The notes: generated from the letters alone by a model not told the origin. Positions 37,811 through 47,639 are shown, numbered from the stretch's first letter. The stretch: 64,000 nucleotides of DNA from an uncultured Gammaproteobacteria bacterium (GCA_964485795.1 CAZAJQ010000005.1:4678-68677), one strand, 5' to 3'. Translations and numbers: made by a program.

Positions 37811-39217
37811 ATGTCCATTTCTCTTCTCTCCCTCATTGCCATTGTCTTTCTTTTTCTCTTCTTTTTTGTCGCAAAAAAATCAATTTTCTACGGGATTCTC
37901 CTTATCTCCGCCACCATGCCAAGCTATCTTGTGAGGCTTCATATCGGAACGGTTCCCACGACCTGGCTCGAACTTCAAATCATCATCTTGTTTTTTTTGT
38001 GGATTTTTGAAAAAAAAATAACGCCAAAGGAATTCCTTCGCTTCTTCCTATCCTTGGAAATATGGCCGATATTTCTGCTTCTTTTTTTCGCATCTTCGAT
38101 TTCCGTGCTTTCTTCACCAGACGTACCGGCGGCGCTCGGTATATGGAAAGCCTATTTTCTCGAACCGATGATTTTTCTTCTTATTCTCATTCATACGGTG
38201 AGATTCAAACAAATCCGTCATTTCATGTGGCCGTTTTGCTTTACCGTTTTTTTCATAAGCGTCATCGCATGCTATCAAAAATTGACGGCTTGGAATATAC
38301 CGCTTCCCGAATGGCGGGTAGAAGCCACTCGACGCGTTACGTTTTTTTTCGATTCCCCAAACGCCGTGGGACTTTTACTGGCTCCCATGGTCGCATTTAT
38401 TTTCGCCATCTTTGCGTCTGAAATCCGAACGAATCAATCAAAACCCATTTCAAATCCATGGCAGAGCTTCTATCAGCTCCTCATGCTCGCTTCGATGGTC
38501 ATGGGAGCGCTGGCGATATGGTTTGCAAGATCCCGGGCGGCATTGATTGCCGTCGGAATATCGGCTCTTTTCATCGTATACCATGTCTGGCCAAAAAAAA
38601 TCGTCTTTTCGCTGCTTGCACTCATGCTTGGAATCATCGTTGTCATCACTCCGATACGAAGTGCATTTCTGGATCTCGCGACATTTCAAGTGGCATCGGG
38701 TCGACATCGTCTCATGCTCTATGAAAACACTTGGAACATGTTGAAAGACAACGTTTTTTACGGAGCCGGATTGGCCGGATTCCCATTTTTTTATGATCAG
38801 TATCGAAGCCCAAAGCATACCGAAAAGCTCATTTACCCGCACAATTTTTTTCTCAATTTTTGGAGCGAAACGGGCTTGCTTGGGATGCTCTCCATCACCG
38901 CACTTTTGATGTATTTCTTTTTCATAAGCTTTCAAGAAATTCGAAAAAAAAATCCCGTCGCCATCGCATTGACCTCCTCCATGATGGCGATTCTCATTCA
39001 CGGAATGGTGGATGTTCCGTATTTCAAAAACGATCTCGCTATTCTTTTTTGGCTGATCTATGGGCTGGCTTATATCGTTTGGAAAAATGACCATGCTACA
39101 ATGAGCGAATCAGCCACGCTCCCTCCTCCCCTTGTCACCCTGAGCCTGCCGAAGGGTGTCGAAGGGTCATTTTTTCAAACCAATGCGCATCCTTGCCATC
39201 GAAACATCCTGCGATGA
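37811..39217 (+). CDS. O-antigen ligase (Wzy_C) family protein
   Basis: R.T.FF..PN..G, SRAA, G.G...F, YPHNFFL.FW.ETG.LG, HG.VD.PYFKNDL. Confidence 0.9.
   Translation: MSISLLSLIAIVFLFLFFFVAKKSIFYGILLISATMPSYLVRLHIGTVPTTWLELQIIILFFLWIFEKKITPKEFLRFFLSLEIWPIFLLLFFASSISVLSSPDVPAALGIWKAYFLEPMIFLLILIHTVRFKQIRHFMWPFCFTVFFISVIACYQKLTAWNIPLPEWRVEATRRVTFFFDSPNAVGLLLAPMVAFIFAIFASEIRTNQSKPISNPWQSFYQLLMLASMVMGALAIWFARSRAALIAVGISALFIVYHVWPKKIVFSLLALMLGIIVVITPIRSAFLDLATFQVASGRHRLMLYENTWNMLKDNVFYGAGLAGFPFFYDQYRSPKHTEKLIYPHNFFLNFWSETGLLGMLSITALLMYFFFISFQEIRKKNPVAIALTSSMMAILIHGMVDVPYFKNDLAILFWLIYGLAYIVWKNDHATMSESATLPPPLVTLSLPKGVEGSFFQTNAHPCHRNILR
39133..39168. repeat. REP-like element in the 3' tail of the ligase ORF
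   Basis: TGTCACCCTGAGCCTGCCGAAGGGTG resembles TGTCATCCTGAGCCTGTCGAAGGATG at 12904-12929. Confidence 0.7.
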
Positions 39218-40259
39218 AACCGCCGCAAGCCTTCTTTCGGGTAACGAGAAGGGTTTTACGCTGCATTCAAATATCGTCGCTTCGCAATCAAAAATCCATG
39301 AACCGTTTGGCGGGGTGGTTCCGGAAGTCGCGGCTCGCAATCATGTCGAAACGATCATTCCCGTGATAAAAAAAAGCTTGGGAACATGGCCTCTGCAGTC
39401 GCTTGACGCCGTCGCGGTAACGTACGGTCCCGGCTTGCTGCCTTCACTGCTCATCGGAGTCTGGACCGCTTCCGGACTTTCTAAAATGCTTGGTATCCGC
39501 CTTCTCGCCATCAACCACATCGAAGCGCATCTGCTTTCGCCGTTTCTGCAAAAAAACTTCGATATTCATACCATCCCGTCCATGCTGCCCGCTTTGGCTC
39601 TGGTGGTATCCGGAGGACACACCGAGCTGATCCTCGTGAAAAAAATAGGAGTTTACGAAATCATCGGGCACACCCTCGATGATGCGGCCGGAGAATGTTT
39701 TGACAAGGTGGCGAAAATGCTTCATCTCCCCTATCCCGGAGGTCCGGTGATTTCTCGCTTGGCCGAATCAGGAGACAAAAACGCAATCGCGTTTCCCCGA
39801 CCCATGATCGGCGCAAAAAATTTTCATTTTTCATTTTCCGGACTCAAAACCGCCGTGCGATATTTCATCGAAGACAAAAAAACTTTTTTACGAGAAAAAA
39901 GGGGAGTTTTGGATACCGGATTGCAAAAAAGAGAAAAAAAACTTCTCAAAAACATTTGCGCTTCTTTCGAGCAATCGGTGATAGACTGCTTGATCGCAAA
40001 GACGGTGATGGCCGCAAAGACCTATCCCGTTCACTCGATACTCCTCTCGGGAGGCGTCTCGGCAAACAAGGAGCTGAGAAAACAGCTTCGTGAAAGGGTC
40101 AAAAACGAAATCCCACAAAAAACTCCGGCGGTGTTTTTGGCTCCAAAACCATACACCGGCGATAATGCTGCCATGATAGCCTTTTGCGCGTATTTGAAAA
40201 CCTTGCACAAAAATGATTTTCCAAAATCATTTTCAGCCGATCCAAGCCTCACATTGTGA
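39183..40259 (+). CDS. tsaD: tRNA threonylcarbamoyltransferase TsaD
   Basis: ILAIETSCDET, GGVVPEVAAR.H, GPGL, NHIEAH, VSGGHT, DDAAGE.FDK, SFSGLKT, GGVSAN, DNAAMI. Confidence 0.98.
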   Translation: MRILAIETSCDETAASLLSGNEKGFTLHSNIVASQSKIHEPFGGVVPEVAARNHVETIIPVIKKSLGTWPLQSLDAVAVTYGPGLLPSLLIGVWTASGLSKMLGIRLLAINHIEAHLLSPFLQKNFDIHTIPSMLPALALVVSGGHTELILVKKIGVYEIIGHTLDDAAGECFDKVAKMLHLPYPGGPVISRLAESGDKNAIAFPRPMIGAKNFHFSFSGLKTAVRYFIEDKKTFLREKRGVLDTGLQKREKKLLKNICASFEQSVIDCLIAKTVMAAKTYPVHSILLSGGVSANKELRKQLRERVKNEIPQKTPAVFLAPKPYTGDNAAMIAFCAYLKTLHKNDFPKSFSADPSLTL

Positions 40260-40319
40260 TTCCTCTCCCGCGTCAACGATTGACGCGAGGTCGATCAAGA
40301 ACATTCTTATTCCTTCGCC

Positions 40320-40757
40320 ATGAAAACCTTTTCTTCAAAAGAAACCCTGCTCTGGGCAAAAAAATTCGCAAAGACGCTCTCCGGCGGGCAGATTATCGCG
40401 CTGTCCGGCGATCTTGGAACCGGAAAAACCTTGATAAGCCAAGGGATATTGCGAAGTTTGGGCGTCAAAGACAGTATCTCAAGCCCCACATACACCGTGA
40501 TGAGACACTATAAGATTCACGCCAAGGGTATGAACCAAGCTATCCATGTGGATGCCTATCGGCTCGAAAATGAGAAGGCGCTTGAAACGCTGGGGCTGGA
40601 TGAATGGCTGGACGAAAACACCATCCTTATCATCGAATGGGCGGACAAAATAAAAGCTTATTTGAAAGGAAAAAAGGTTATTTGGATTCATATTGCCGAC
40701 GGAAAGAATCGCAATGAAAGAGTGATTACCGTTGGGTCAAAGGTCATTGAGCAATAA
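40320..40757 (+). CDS. tsaE: t6A biosynthesis ATPase TsaE
   Basis: L.GDLGTGKT, SPTY, H.DAYRL, IIEW. Confidence 0.95.
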   Translation: MKTFSSKETLLWAKKFAKTLSGGQIIALSGDLGTGKTLISQGILRSLGVKDSISSPTYTVMRHYKIHAKGMNQAIHVDAYRLENEKALETLGLDEWLDENTILIIEWADKIKAYLKGKKVIWIHIADGKNRNERVITVGSKVIEQ

Positions 40758-40768
40758 AAAATGAAAAC

Positions 40769-40797
40769 TTGCGTTATTTTTGAAAATATTGTATAGT
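40769..40797 (+). promoter_or_regulatory. Putative sigma70 promoter
   Basis: TTGCGT-N17-TATAGT upstream of the Lys-rich gene pair. Confidence 0.55.
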
Positions 40798-40857
40798 TCG
40801 TACTCGTGTAATGATTGTTACTTAAAAAAAATTTCTTTTAAAAGAAGGGAGGCGGCA

Positions 40858-41190
40858 ATGGCAAAGAAAAAACCGAAAAAAAGTTTGAAAAAAAAGCTGA
40901 AACGCAAGTTTCAGCAGGTGCAAAAAAAGTGCGAAAGGTTGAAAAAAAAGATCATCGCTCAGCAGAAAACTCTTGTGAAACGCAACGCGAAAATACAAAA
41001 AAAATTTTCGCAGAATTTTTTTTCTCACCCGAAATTTCTCACTTCTTCAAGTTTGAAGATGAGGTACCGCGCTTACCGCGCTTTGCGGCGGCAGAAACTC
41101 GAGCTGCTTACGAAACTTGGGGAATACAAAACCCGGGAAGCATGTTACTTCCCGCGGGATATGGAAAATAGGACAAAGAAGGCCAAGTAA
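40858..41190 (+). CDS. Highly basic Lys-rich orphan protein
   Basis: GGGAGG SD before ATG 40858; MAKKKPKKSLKKKLKRK... Confidence 0.7.
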   Translation: MAKKKPKKSLKKKLKRKFQQVQKKCERLKKKIIAQQKTLVKRNAKIQKKFSQNFFSHPKFLTSSSLKMRYRAYRALRRQKLELLTKLGEYKTREACYFPRDMENRTKKAK

Positions 41191-41233
41191 TCGTATCGCT
41201 TGGCTGAAACATTTTTTTTGAAAGGACTTTGAA

Positions 41234-41782
41234 ATGAAGAAGAAAAACACAGTAACTACCGATTCCGGAAAACATATTAAGCTTGATTTTACACGCGATC
41301 CGGAAAGTCTCAAAAAACAACAGGAGATTGAACAATTGGACATGGGTGATTTCATGGACACGGTTTTCGGAAAATCGACTCCCGATCTGGAACAAACCGC
41401 CACCGCTAAGATAAAATCGCCGGCGGCTGATGATCTGGGCAAAACGAAAACAGCTCGGAAAAAAAGAGCATATCCCACAAAAACCTATTCCGAAGGAAAT
41501 TCAAAAAAGCCAATGAAAAAGAAAATCACCTCCGAGCATGACGTATATAAAGAGCTCCATGGGGTGACTGTCAGCATTGTAACTCTTGAATCCAAAGAAA
41601 AGAAAATTGAATCCAATCTCAAAAAGCGAATCGAAAAAATTCGTAAAGAGATGGAAAAACAAATCTCAAAAGCAGAAAAAGAAGCCATGAAGGAGCTGAA
41701 CGGCCTAAAAACCAAGGCCGGAAAAACCAAAAAACAGCTGCTCGCCATGAAAGAGAAGCTGCAAAAAAAACTCAAAAAATAG
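41234..41782 (+). CDS. Lys-rich coiled-coil orphan protein
   Basis: AAGGA SD; C-terminal K/E heptad pattern; followed by a terminator. Confidence 0.78.
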   Translation: MKKKNTVTTDSGKHIKLDFTRDPESLKKQQEIEQLDMGDFMDTVFGKSTPDLEQTATAKIKSPAADDLGKTKTARKKRAYPTKTYSEGNSKKPMKKKITSEHDVYKELHGVTVSIVTLESKEKKIESNLKKRIEKIRKEMEKQISKAEKEAMKELNGLKTKAGKTKKQLLAMKEKLQKKLKK

Positions 41783-41807
41783 CTAAAAATCCCGTTTTCT
41801 TCTCTAC

Positions 41808-41844
41808 AAGAAGTATATTCTCAATAATATACTTCTTTTTTTTT
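41808..41844 (+). terminator. Intrinsic terminator
   Basis: AAGAAGTATATT-CTCAAT-AATATACTTCTT + T-run. Confidence 0.75.
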
Positions 41845-41966
41845 GCCTATCGGATGCGAATCTTTTACAATAACTATCATGAATCATTTCAAGAATATGG
41901 GTTTATCGGCATCGACAGAGAGTGATTCTCAAATCATTGACAGCGAGATTTCCTGAATATCACCGT

Positions 41967-42485
41967 ATGACATTTATTCTCTCCGCCCTCTACCTTGCCC
42001 TGCCGGCCTATATCGCCAATATGGCGCCGGTTCTTGCGAAAAAATGGAATCTGCCATTTGGCGCACCGATCTCAAGGAAATGGTTTGGCGCGTCAAAAAC
42101 CTATCGGGGATTCATATTCGGCATTATCGGTGCGATACTCATGGTTTTCTTGCAAAATCTCCTGCTCTCCGTCGATTTTTTTGAAAACCTTTCTCTCATC
42201 GATTATTCAAATAATACCATTTTTTTAGGCTTTCTCTTTGGCTTTGGCGCTTTATTCGGAGATCTGGTCAAATCTTTTTTCAAACGCAGACTGCATCGAC
42301 CTCCGGGATCGCCTTTCGTCCCCTTTGATCAGATGGACTTCATCATCGGCGCCCTGATTCTGATATACTGGTATCAGCCCATTCCCGATGAAATCATCAT
42401 CTTTCTGCTCATCATAACTCCTTTTTTGCATTTTATGGTCAACGTGGTAGGATATTTGCTCAAGATCAAGGATCGATGGTGGTGA
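41967..42485 (+). CDS. CDP-archaeol synthase-like (CarS/DUF46) membrane cytidylyltransferase
   Basis: LPAY.ANMAPV, G..KT.RG, GAL.GDL.KSFFKRR....PG....P.DQ.DF, H...N..GY.L..K..WW. Confidence 0.88.
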   Translation: MTFILSALYLALPAYIANMAPVLAKKWNLPFGAPISRKWFGASKTYRGFIFGIIGAILMVFLQNLLLSVDFFENLSLIDYSNNTIFLGFLFGFGALFGDLVKSFFKRRLHRPPGSPFVPFDQMDFIIGALILIYWYQPIPDEIIIFLLIITPFLHFMVNVVGYLLKIKDRWW

Positions 42486-42610
42486 AAAAAAAGGTTCTCA
42501 GCAAAGAACGCCAAACGCAAGTTATAAATATCACCGGCGGGTATGCCCCTCGCATCTCTATAGGCGGCGGGATTGCCCGCCGAAGTTCGCACCTTTTGGG
42601 GCGAACATAG

Positions 42611-42685
42611 GCGGGTATCGTATAGTGGCTATTATGCTAGCCTTCCAAGCTGGAGAGGCGGGTTCGATTCCCGCTACCCGCTCCA
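42611..42685 (+). tRNA. tRNA-Gly(TCC)
   Basis: GCGGGTATCGTATAGTGGCTATTATGCTAGCCTTCCAAGCTGGAGAGGCGGGTTCGATTCCCGCTACCCGCTCCA; CCA encoded. Confidence 0.95.
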
Positions 42686-42742
42686 AAGTTGTAAATTTCA
42701 GTTTTTATTTTCTTTTTTTCACTGTATCATGATTTGATCGAC

Positions 42743-42772
42743 AAAAAAATCTCGGCAATCCCGAGTTTTTTT
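42743..42772 (+). terminator. Intrinsic terminator after tRNA-Gly
   Basis: A-run, CTCGG-CAATC-CCGAG, T-run. Confidence 0.65.
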
Positions 42773-42959
42773 GTTTCATACGTAACTTTGATGATTCTAT
42801 GATTCCTTCCAAACTCATTTTATACCATGATTTTCAAATTTTACTTGACATTTCCAGCTGCTTTATTATATTGTCACTCGAATCATCAATGTTTTTTTTA
42901 AAAAAAAGTTGTGAAATTCGGATTGTTCTTAAAATATTTTTTCTCAAAGGAGAAATGCC

Positions 42960-43652
42960 ATGAACGTAAAAATACTCGTACATGTGGGGATAAATATCCC
43001 ACCGACTGCAGAAATGGATCATCATTTTGCTGCTATTAAGTATAGATGGAAAAAAATACATACCGATTACAGAATCATGCAACTAGGAGGAGGAAATGTT
43101 CTCTATATGATTACCTGTACCATACAATCAAAAAATGTATGTTCAAATGTTACCCCAGCCGATCATGATATCGTGTATGACCTGAGCAATGAGCAAGTGA
43201 AGATGTTCCCAACCCCAATAGATATGGGGCAACTTAACAAACGGGCTCAGAAAGTTATAAAAAAACTCGATATCAAAACAGTGGGGCAGCTCTACTGCAG
43301 AGGAGAGTTTTATCTCTTGGAAACCCCTTATTGCGGCTTCGATACTGTATTACGGCTCAAATTCCTACTTGAAAAGTGTGATCTCGCCTTACCTTGGATG
43401 GTAACATCGATTCATAGAGGACTCTATCCCCCATTCGCACTTCTTCACCAAGAATTCAATCATGCAGAGCTTAGTTCTAGCGCACAAAAAAATCTTTCTC
43501 GATTAAAGATAAAAAATCTTGGGGATTATTTAATGCGTCCCCCTTCTTTATTTCTCAAGAATAGAAAACATGATGTAATCGATGAATTGGATCAGTATGT
43601 ATGGCGTTATGGACTCGGAAGAACTCCTAGAGAATATGAAATGGCACCTTGA
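42960..43652 (+). CDS. Orphan protein with two RNA polymerase alpha-CTD-like (HhH) domains
   Basis: TTGACA-N16-TATATT promoter, AAGGAG SD; PIDMGQLNKRAQKVIKKLDIKTVGQL...LLETPYCG and ELSSSAQKNLSRLKIKNLGDYL. Confidence 0.65.
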   Translation: MNVKILVHVGINIPPTAEMDHHFAAIKYRWKKIHTDYRIMQLGGGNVLYMITCTIQSKNVCSNVTPADHDIVYDLSNEQVKMFPTPIDMGQLNKRAQKVIKKLDIKTVGQLYCRGEFYLLETPYCGFDTVLRLKFLLEKCDLALPWMVTSIHRGLYPPFALLHQEFNHAELSSSAQKNLSRLKIKNLGDYLMRPPSLFLKNRKHDVIDELDQYVWRYGLGRTPREYEMAP

Positions 43653-43852
43653 TGGAAAATAAAAAAGAATAACATTTACTTGAGATTCATAAAAAAGGAA
43701 ATTCATAATAGTTTCCTTTTTTTTATTACTCATGATCGATTCATGACAAAAAGCTCTTTCATCCGATTCTTTTTTTCTCACTCCTCTTCTATAATGATCG
43801 CAAGAATCAATACGCGCATTGATATTCTATTCATTCAAGCATTCCCATTCCT

Positions 43853-44794
43853 ATGCAAAACTTCAAGAAACCCCTTCTTCAATGGTTCCAAGAATTCGGA
43901 CGCCGTGAGCTTCCTTGGAGAAAAAAAGACATCACGCCTTATGAAGTCTGGGTCAGTGAAATCATGCTGCAGCAAACCCAAGTTTCTCGCGTCATAGGAT
44001 ATTATGACCGTTTCATAGAGCGATTCCCCGACATCTTTTCTCTCGCGAAAAGCGATTGGAGTGATTTTCTCCCTTATTATCAGGGGCTCGGCTACTATCG
44101 TCGAGGAAGAAACATGCTTGAAACCGCAAAAACACTCGTGGCAAATCATGGAGGAAAATTTCCAAAAAATAAGATACTCCTCTCAAAGCTTCCGGGCATC
44201 GGCGAATACACGGCCTGCGCCATTTTGAGCTTTGGGTACGGATTGCCGCATATCGCCTTTGACACGAATGTAAAAAAAGTCATTGCACGCTATCTGTATG
44301 GAACCAGGTTTGCAACTCTCGATAATGAAAGCGTTCAAAAAAAAATCGGCTCATCGGCTCCCTCCATCAATGCCGCCATCATGGACCTCGCAAATCTTGT
44401 TTGTATGGCGAAACCTCGCTGCGAGGATTGCCCCATACGCAGGCATTGCGAGTACAATCGTCAGCTCGGTATCAATGAAATAAGGCCAAAACCTCTCATC
44501 ACTCGAAAATTTCCCATGAAGAAGGCCCATGTATGCCTCTTTCTCCACGAAAATCACAAGAAATATTTCAGTAAAAATGATAAGAAATTTGAGCCTTTCA
44601 AGCTTCCCCCTTCAATGAATACCCGCGAGCGGCTCAAGCGGTATTTTCTCGAAACCTTCGGGCTGAATCTCTCCATCCGCCCCCCTCATAAAAAAATCCT
44701 TCTCCGAGGCCTCCCCACCCTTTTCATCAACGCTCAAATTCTTTCCGGGAACCATCATTTTTTTGAATATCCAGCAGGGGCTGTAAAAAAATAA
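43853..44794 (+). CDS. mutY: A/G-specific adenine glycosylase
   Basis: R.LPWR, PYEVWVSEIMLQQTQV, GLGYYRR, LPGIG.YT, DTNV, FeS Cys cluster. Confidence 0.93.
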   Translation: MQNFKKPLLQWFQEFGRRELPWRKKDITPYEVWVSEIMLQQTQVSRVIGYYDRFIERFPDIFSLAKSDWSDFLPYYQGLGYYRRGRNMLETAKTLVANHGGKFPKNKILLSKLPGIGEYTACAILSFGYGLPHIAFDTNVKKVIARYLYGTRFATLDNESVQKKIGSSAPSINAAIMDLANLVCMAKPRCEDCPIRRHCEYNRQLGINEIRPKPLITRKFPMKKAHVCLFLHENHKKYFSKNDKKFEPFKLPPSMNTRERLKRYFLETFGLNLSIRPPHKKILLRGLPTLFINAQILSGNHHFFEYPAGAVKK

Positions 44795-44912
44795 GCTGCC
44801 AATATTCTTTCTAATCTCATGGCGGCACTCATCATGACCTGAAAGTTATGATGAAGTTGCGTCAAATGGTGCGCTTTGAATCAAGTCGCTGGGTATAAAA
44901 TTCGTTTTATCA

Positions 44913-47513
44913 TTACACTTCCTTGTCTCTCTTCATCTTTTCCTTCCATTCATGCATCTTCTGGAGAGCCAAAAATGGAGTCATGTGTTCGACTTCAATG
45001 CATGAAAGCTCCTCGAGGACGGGATGAGAAGCGCGAACAACCGTATTCAGCGGAAGAGGAAGCTGCCCGACGGGCATTTTTTTTTGATCGCGCTCCAATT
45101 GTTTCAGAATACTTTTCGCTCGCTCGACAACTTTTTGCGACATGCCCGCAAGCTTGGCCACTTCGACGCCATAGCTCTTATCGATGCCTCCGGGAACCAC
45201 CTTGCGCAAAAAAAGAACGCCATCCTTGTCGTTTTCTTTCACGAGTACGCAATAATTTTTCACTGCGGATAAATCGTTTGAAACCGCCATAAGCTCATGA
45301 TAATGCGTCGCAAAAAGCACACGAGCCCGAATATCGTCGTGCAAATGCTCCATCAAAGCCCAAGCGATGGCAACCCCGTCATAGGTGCTCGTACCGCGCC
45401 CCACCTCATCCAAAATGATAAAGCTTTTATGGGTCGCCTGCGCCACAATGGCGGCGGCTTCCTGCATTTCGACCATAAAAGTGGATCTTCCGGATACCAG
45501 ATTATCCGAAGCTCCCACCCTCGTGAAAATACGATCAACCGGAGCGATTTCGGCGGTCGATGCCGGAACAAAGGCTCCCATATGAGCCATTAATACTATC
45601 AAGGCGTTTTGTCGCAAAAAACTTGATTTTCCCGCCATATTCGGCCCGGTGAGCAGCATGAGCCGGCAATCGTCATCCATGAGCAAATCATTGGGTATAT
45701 AGGCTTCTTTTTGCAAAGTTTCGATGACCGGATGCCTTCCGCCGACGATTCTCAAAGGCTTCCCCTCGTCCACGATCTTTGGCCGCACATAGGATCGCTC
45801 GCGGGCAAGGCAAGCGAAATCGGAAAGGACGTCGATTTCCGCTATCACGGAAGTCGTTTTTTGCATATTTCTCAGTGAAAGAGAAATTCTTTGTATCAAT
45901 GCATCAAAGATTTTGCTTTCCAAAGCGTACATCTTTTCTTCGGCTCCCAAAATTTTTTCTTCATATGCCTTGAGCTCGGGAGTGACGAATCTTTCGGCAT
46001 TCACCAAGGTTTGCTTGCGAATATAGTCTTTGGGCACATCCTTTGCGGCCGCTTTTGAAATTTCAATATAGTATCCGAAGACTTTATTAAACTTGATTTT
46101 CAAAGTCGAAATTTTGGTTCTTTCCACTTCTCTTTTTTTCATCTCCGAAAGGTAGGCCATGCCTCCGCGAGAAATGTTTCTCAATGCATCCAGCTCGGCG
46201 TCAAACCCGTCGGCAATGGCCCCCAATGAAGGCATCAGGGCCGGTGGTTCGGAATGCAACGTTTTTTCTATCATGGAAACGACGTCTTCGTGAAGAAAAA
46301 AATTTTCCAAAAGCGTCTTGGCTCTTTCGGATACGAAATTCGAAAGCAATGCGCGAAGCTCGGGCAATATCACAAGGCTGTGTTTGAGCGCTAGGATATC
46401 TCTGGGCGAAGCCCTTCTGCTGCCGATCTTGCCCATAAGCCTTTCCATATCCGAAATCTTTCTCAGCAGATCGCATGTTTCTTTTCGAACGTCACTTTTT
46501 TGCACCCATTCCTCCACCAGATCAAGTCGAGATTCGATTTCGTTTTTTGAAAGCAGGGGATGAAGCATCCATTGACGAAGCATTCTTCCTCCCATGGCAG
46601 TGCAGGTTTTATCAAGCGTTGAAATCAAGCTTCCCTCATAAGCGCCGGTCTGCGAAGTGAACAGCAATTCCAAGTTTCGAATCGTGGTCTCGTCAAGAAT
46701 CATGCCGCGATCAAAATTCGCCAAGCGCACCTGCGTGAGATGCGGTAAAGTCGTCTTTTGAGTTTCCACCAGATAAGAAAAAAGATGTATGGCGGCCAAA
46801 AGGCCTACGGGCACTTGATTGAATCCGTATTGACCGAAATCCGCGATATGAAAATGTCGCTGAAATGTTTCTTTCGGATCCGGCCAGCTGCCCGGCGCAT
46901 AGCTCTGAAAAGGAATGTTTTTTATGATTTCAATGGCCTCCGGATGCTTGGAAAGTCCTTCGGAAACGATCATTTCCGATGGTTGCATGAGAAATATTTG
47001 ATTTTTCAGAGTTTCAAAAGCGACGGTTTCGGCGATGCAAAATTCACCGGTGCTGAAGTCGGCCCAAGCCACTCCCCATGTGTTTTTTTCTCTGAGAAGA
47101 CTGACCAAATAGTGATTTTTCTTTCGTTCAAGGATTGCCTCTGAAAAAGTGGTGCCCGGGGTGATTATCCTTGTCACGGCGCGATCGACGATACCCTTTT
47201 GACTCGGATCCGAAACCTGTTCGCATATGGCGACCTTTTTTCCGGCGGCCGTAAGCTTGCTCACATAATTTTCGGCCGCATGATGGGGAACGCCGCACAT
47301 GGGGATCTCGTGTTCGGTGCCTCGATTTCGCGAAGTGAGGGTGATATTCAATATTTTTGACGCCAGCATAGCATCATCTCCGAACATCTCATAAAAATCG
47401 CCCAAGCGAAAAAAAAGGATGGCATTCTTGTGCTTTTTTTTTATTTCAAAATATTGGGCGAGCATGGGCGTCATATGCATGTGTGGAAACTTTTTTGTAT
47501 TAAAGTCCGCCAT
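44913..47513 (-). CDS. mutS: DNA mismatch repair protein MutS (start may be 47480 or 47474)
   Basis: TPM..QY, FRLGDFYEMF, GRHPVIE, TGPNMAGKS, STFMVEM, LDEVGRGTST, FATHYHEL, SYG.EVAKLAG. Confidence 0.98.
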   Translation of the reverse strand: MADFNTKKFPHMHMTPMLAQYFEIKKKHKNAILFFRLGDFYEMFGDDAMLASKILNITLTSRNRGTEHEIPMCGVPHHAAENYVSKLTAAGKKVAICEQVSDPSQKGIVDRAVTRIITPGTTFSEAILERKKNHYLVSLLREKNTWGVAWADFSTGEFCIAETVAFETLKNQIFLMQPSEMIVSEGLSKHPEAIEIIKNIPFQSYAPGSWPDPKETFQRHFHIADFGQYGFNQVPVGLLAAIHLFSYLVETQKTTLPHLTQVRLANFDRGMILDETTIRNLELLFTSQTGAYEGSLISTLDKTCTAMGGRMLRQWMLHPLLSKNEIESRLDLVEEWVQKSDVRKETCDLLRKISDMERLMGKIGSRRASPRDILALKHSLVILPELRALLSNFVSERAKTLLENFFLHEDVVSMIEKTLHSEPPALMPSLGAIADGFDAELDALRNISRGGMAYLSEMKKREVERTKISTLKIKFNKVFGYYIEISKAAAKDVPKDYIRKQTLVNAERFVTPELKAYEEKILGAEEKMYALESKIFDALIQRISLSLRNMQKTTSVIAEIDVLSDFACLARERSYVRPKIVDEGKPLRIVGGRHPVIETLQKEAYIPNDLLMDDDCRLMLLTGPNMAGKSSFLRQNALIVLMAHMGAFVPASTAEIAPVDRIFTRVGASDNLVSGRSTFMVEMQEAAAIVAQATHKSFIILDEVGRGTSTYDGVAIAWALMEHLHDDIRARVLFATHYHELMAVSNDLSAVKNYCVLVKENDKDGVLFLRKVVPGGIDKSYGVEVAKLAGMSQKVVERAKSILKQLERDQKKMPVGQLPLPLNTVVRASHPVLEELSCIEVEHMTPFLALQKMHEWKEKMKRDKEV

Positions 47514-47639
47514 CCCATCTCTTGAGGGTAGAGAGAAAACGGCAGACAGGTCAAATGGTCATGAAAAAGCCATACTCGAAAACATTGTTCGGAAGGAAGT
47601 TTCACGCTATAATATTGCCACCTTGCATGATTTTTCGCT

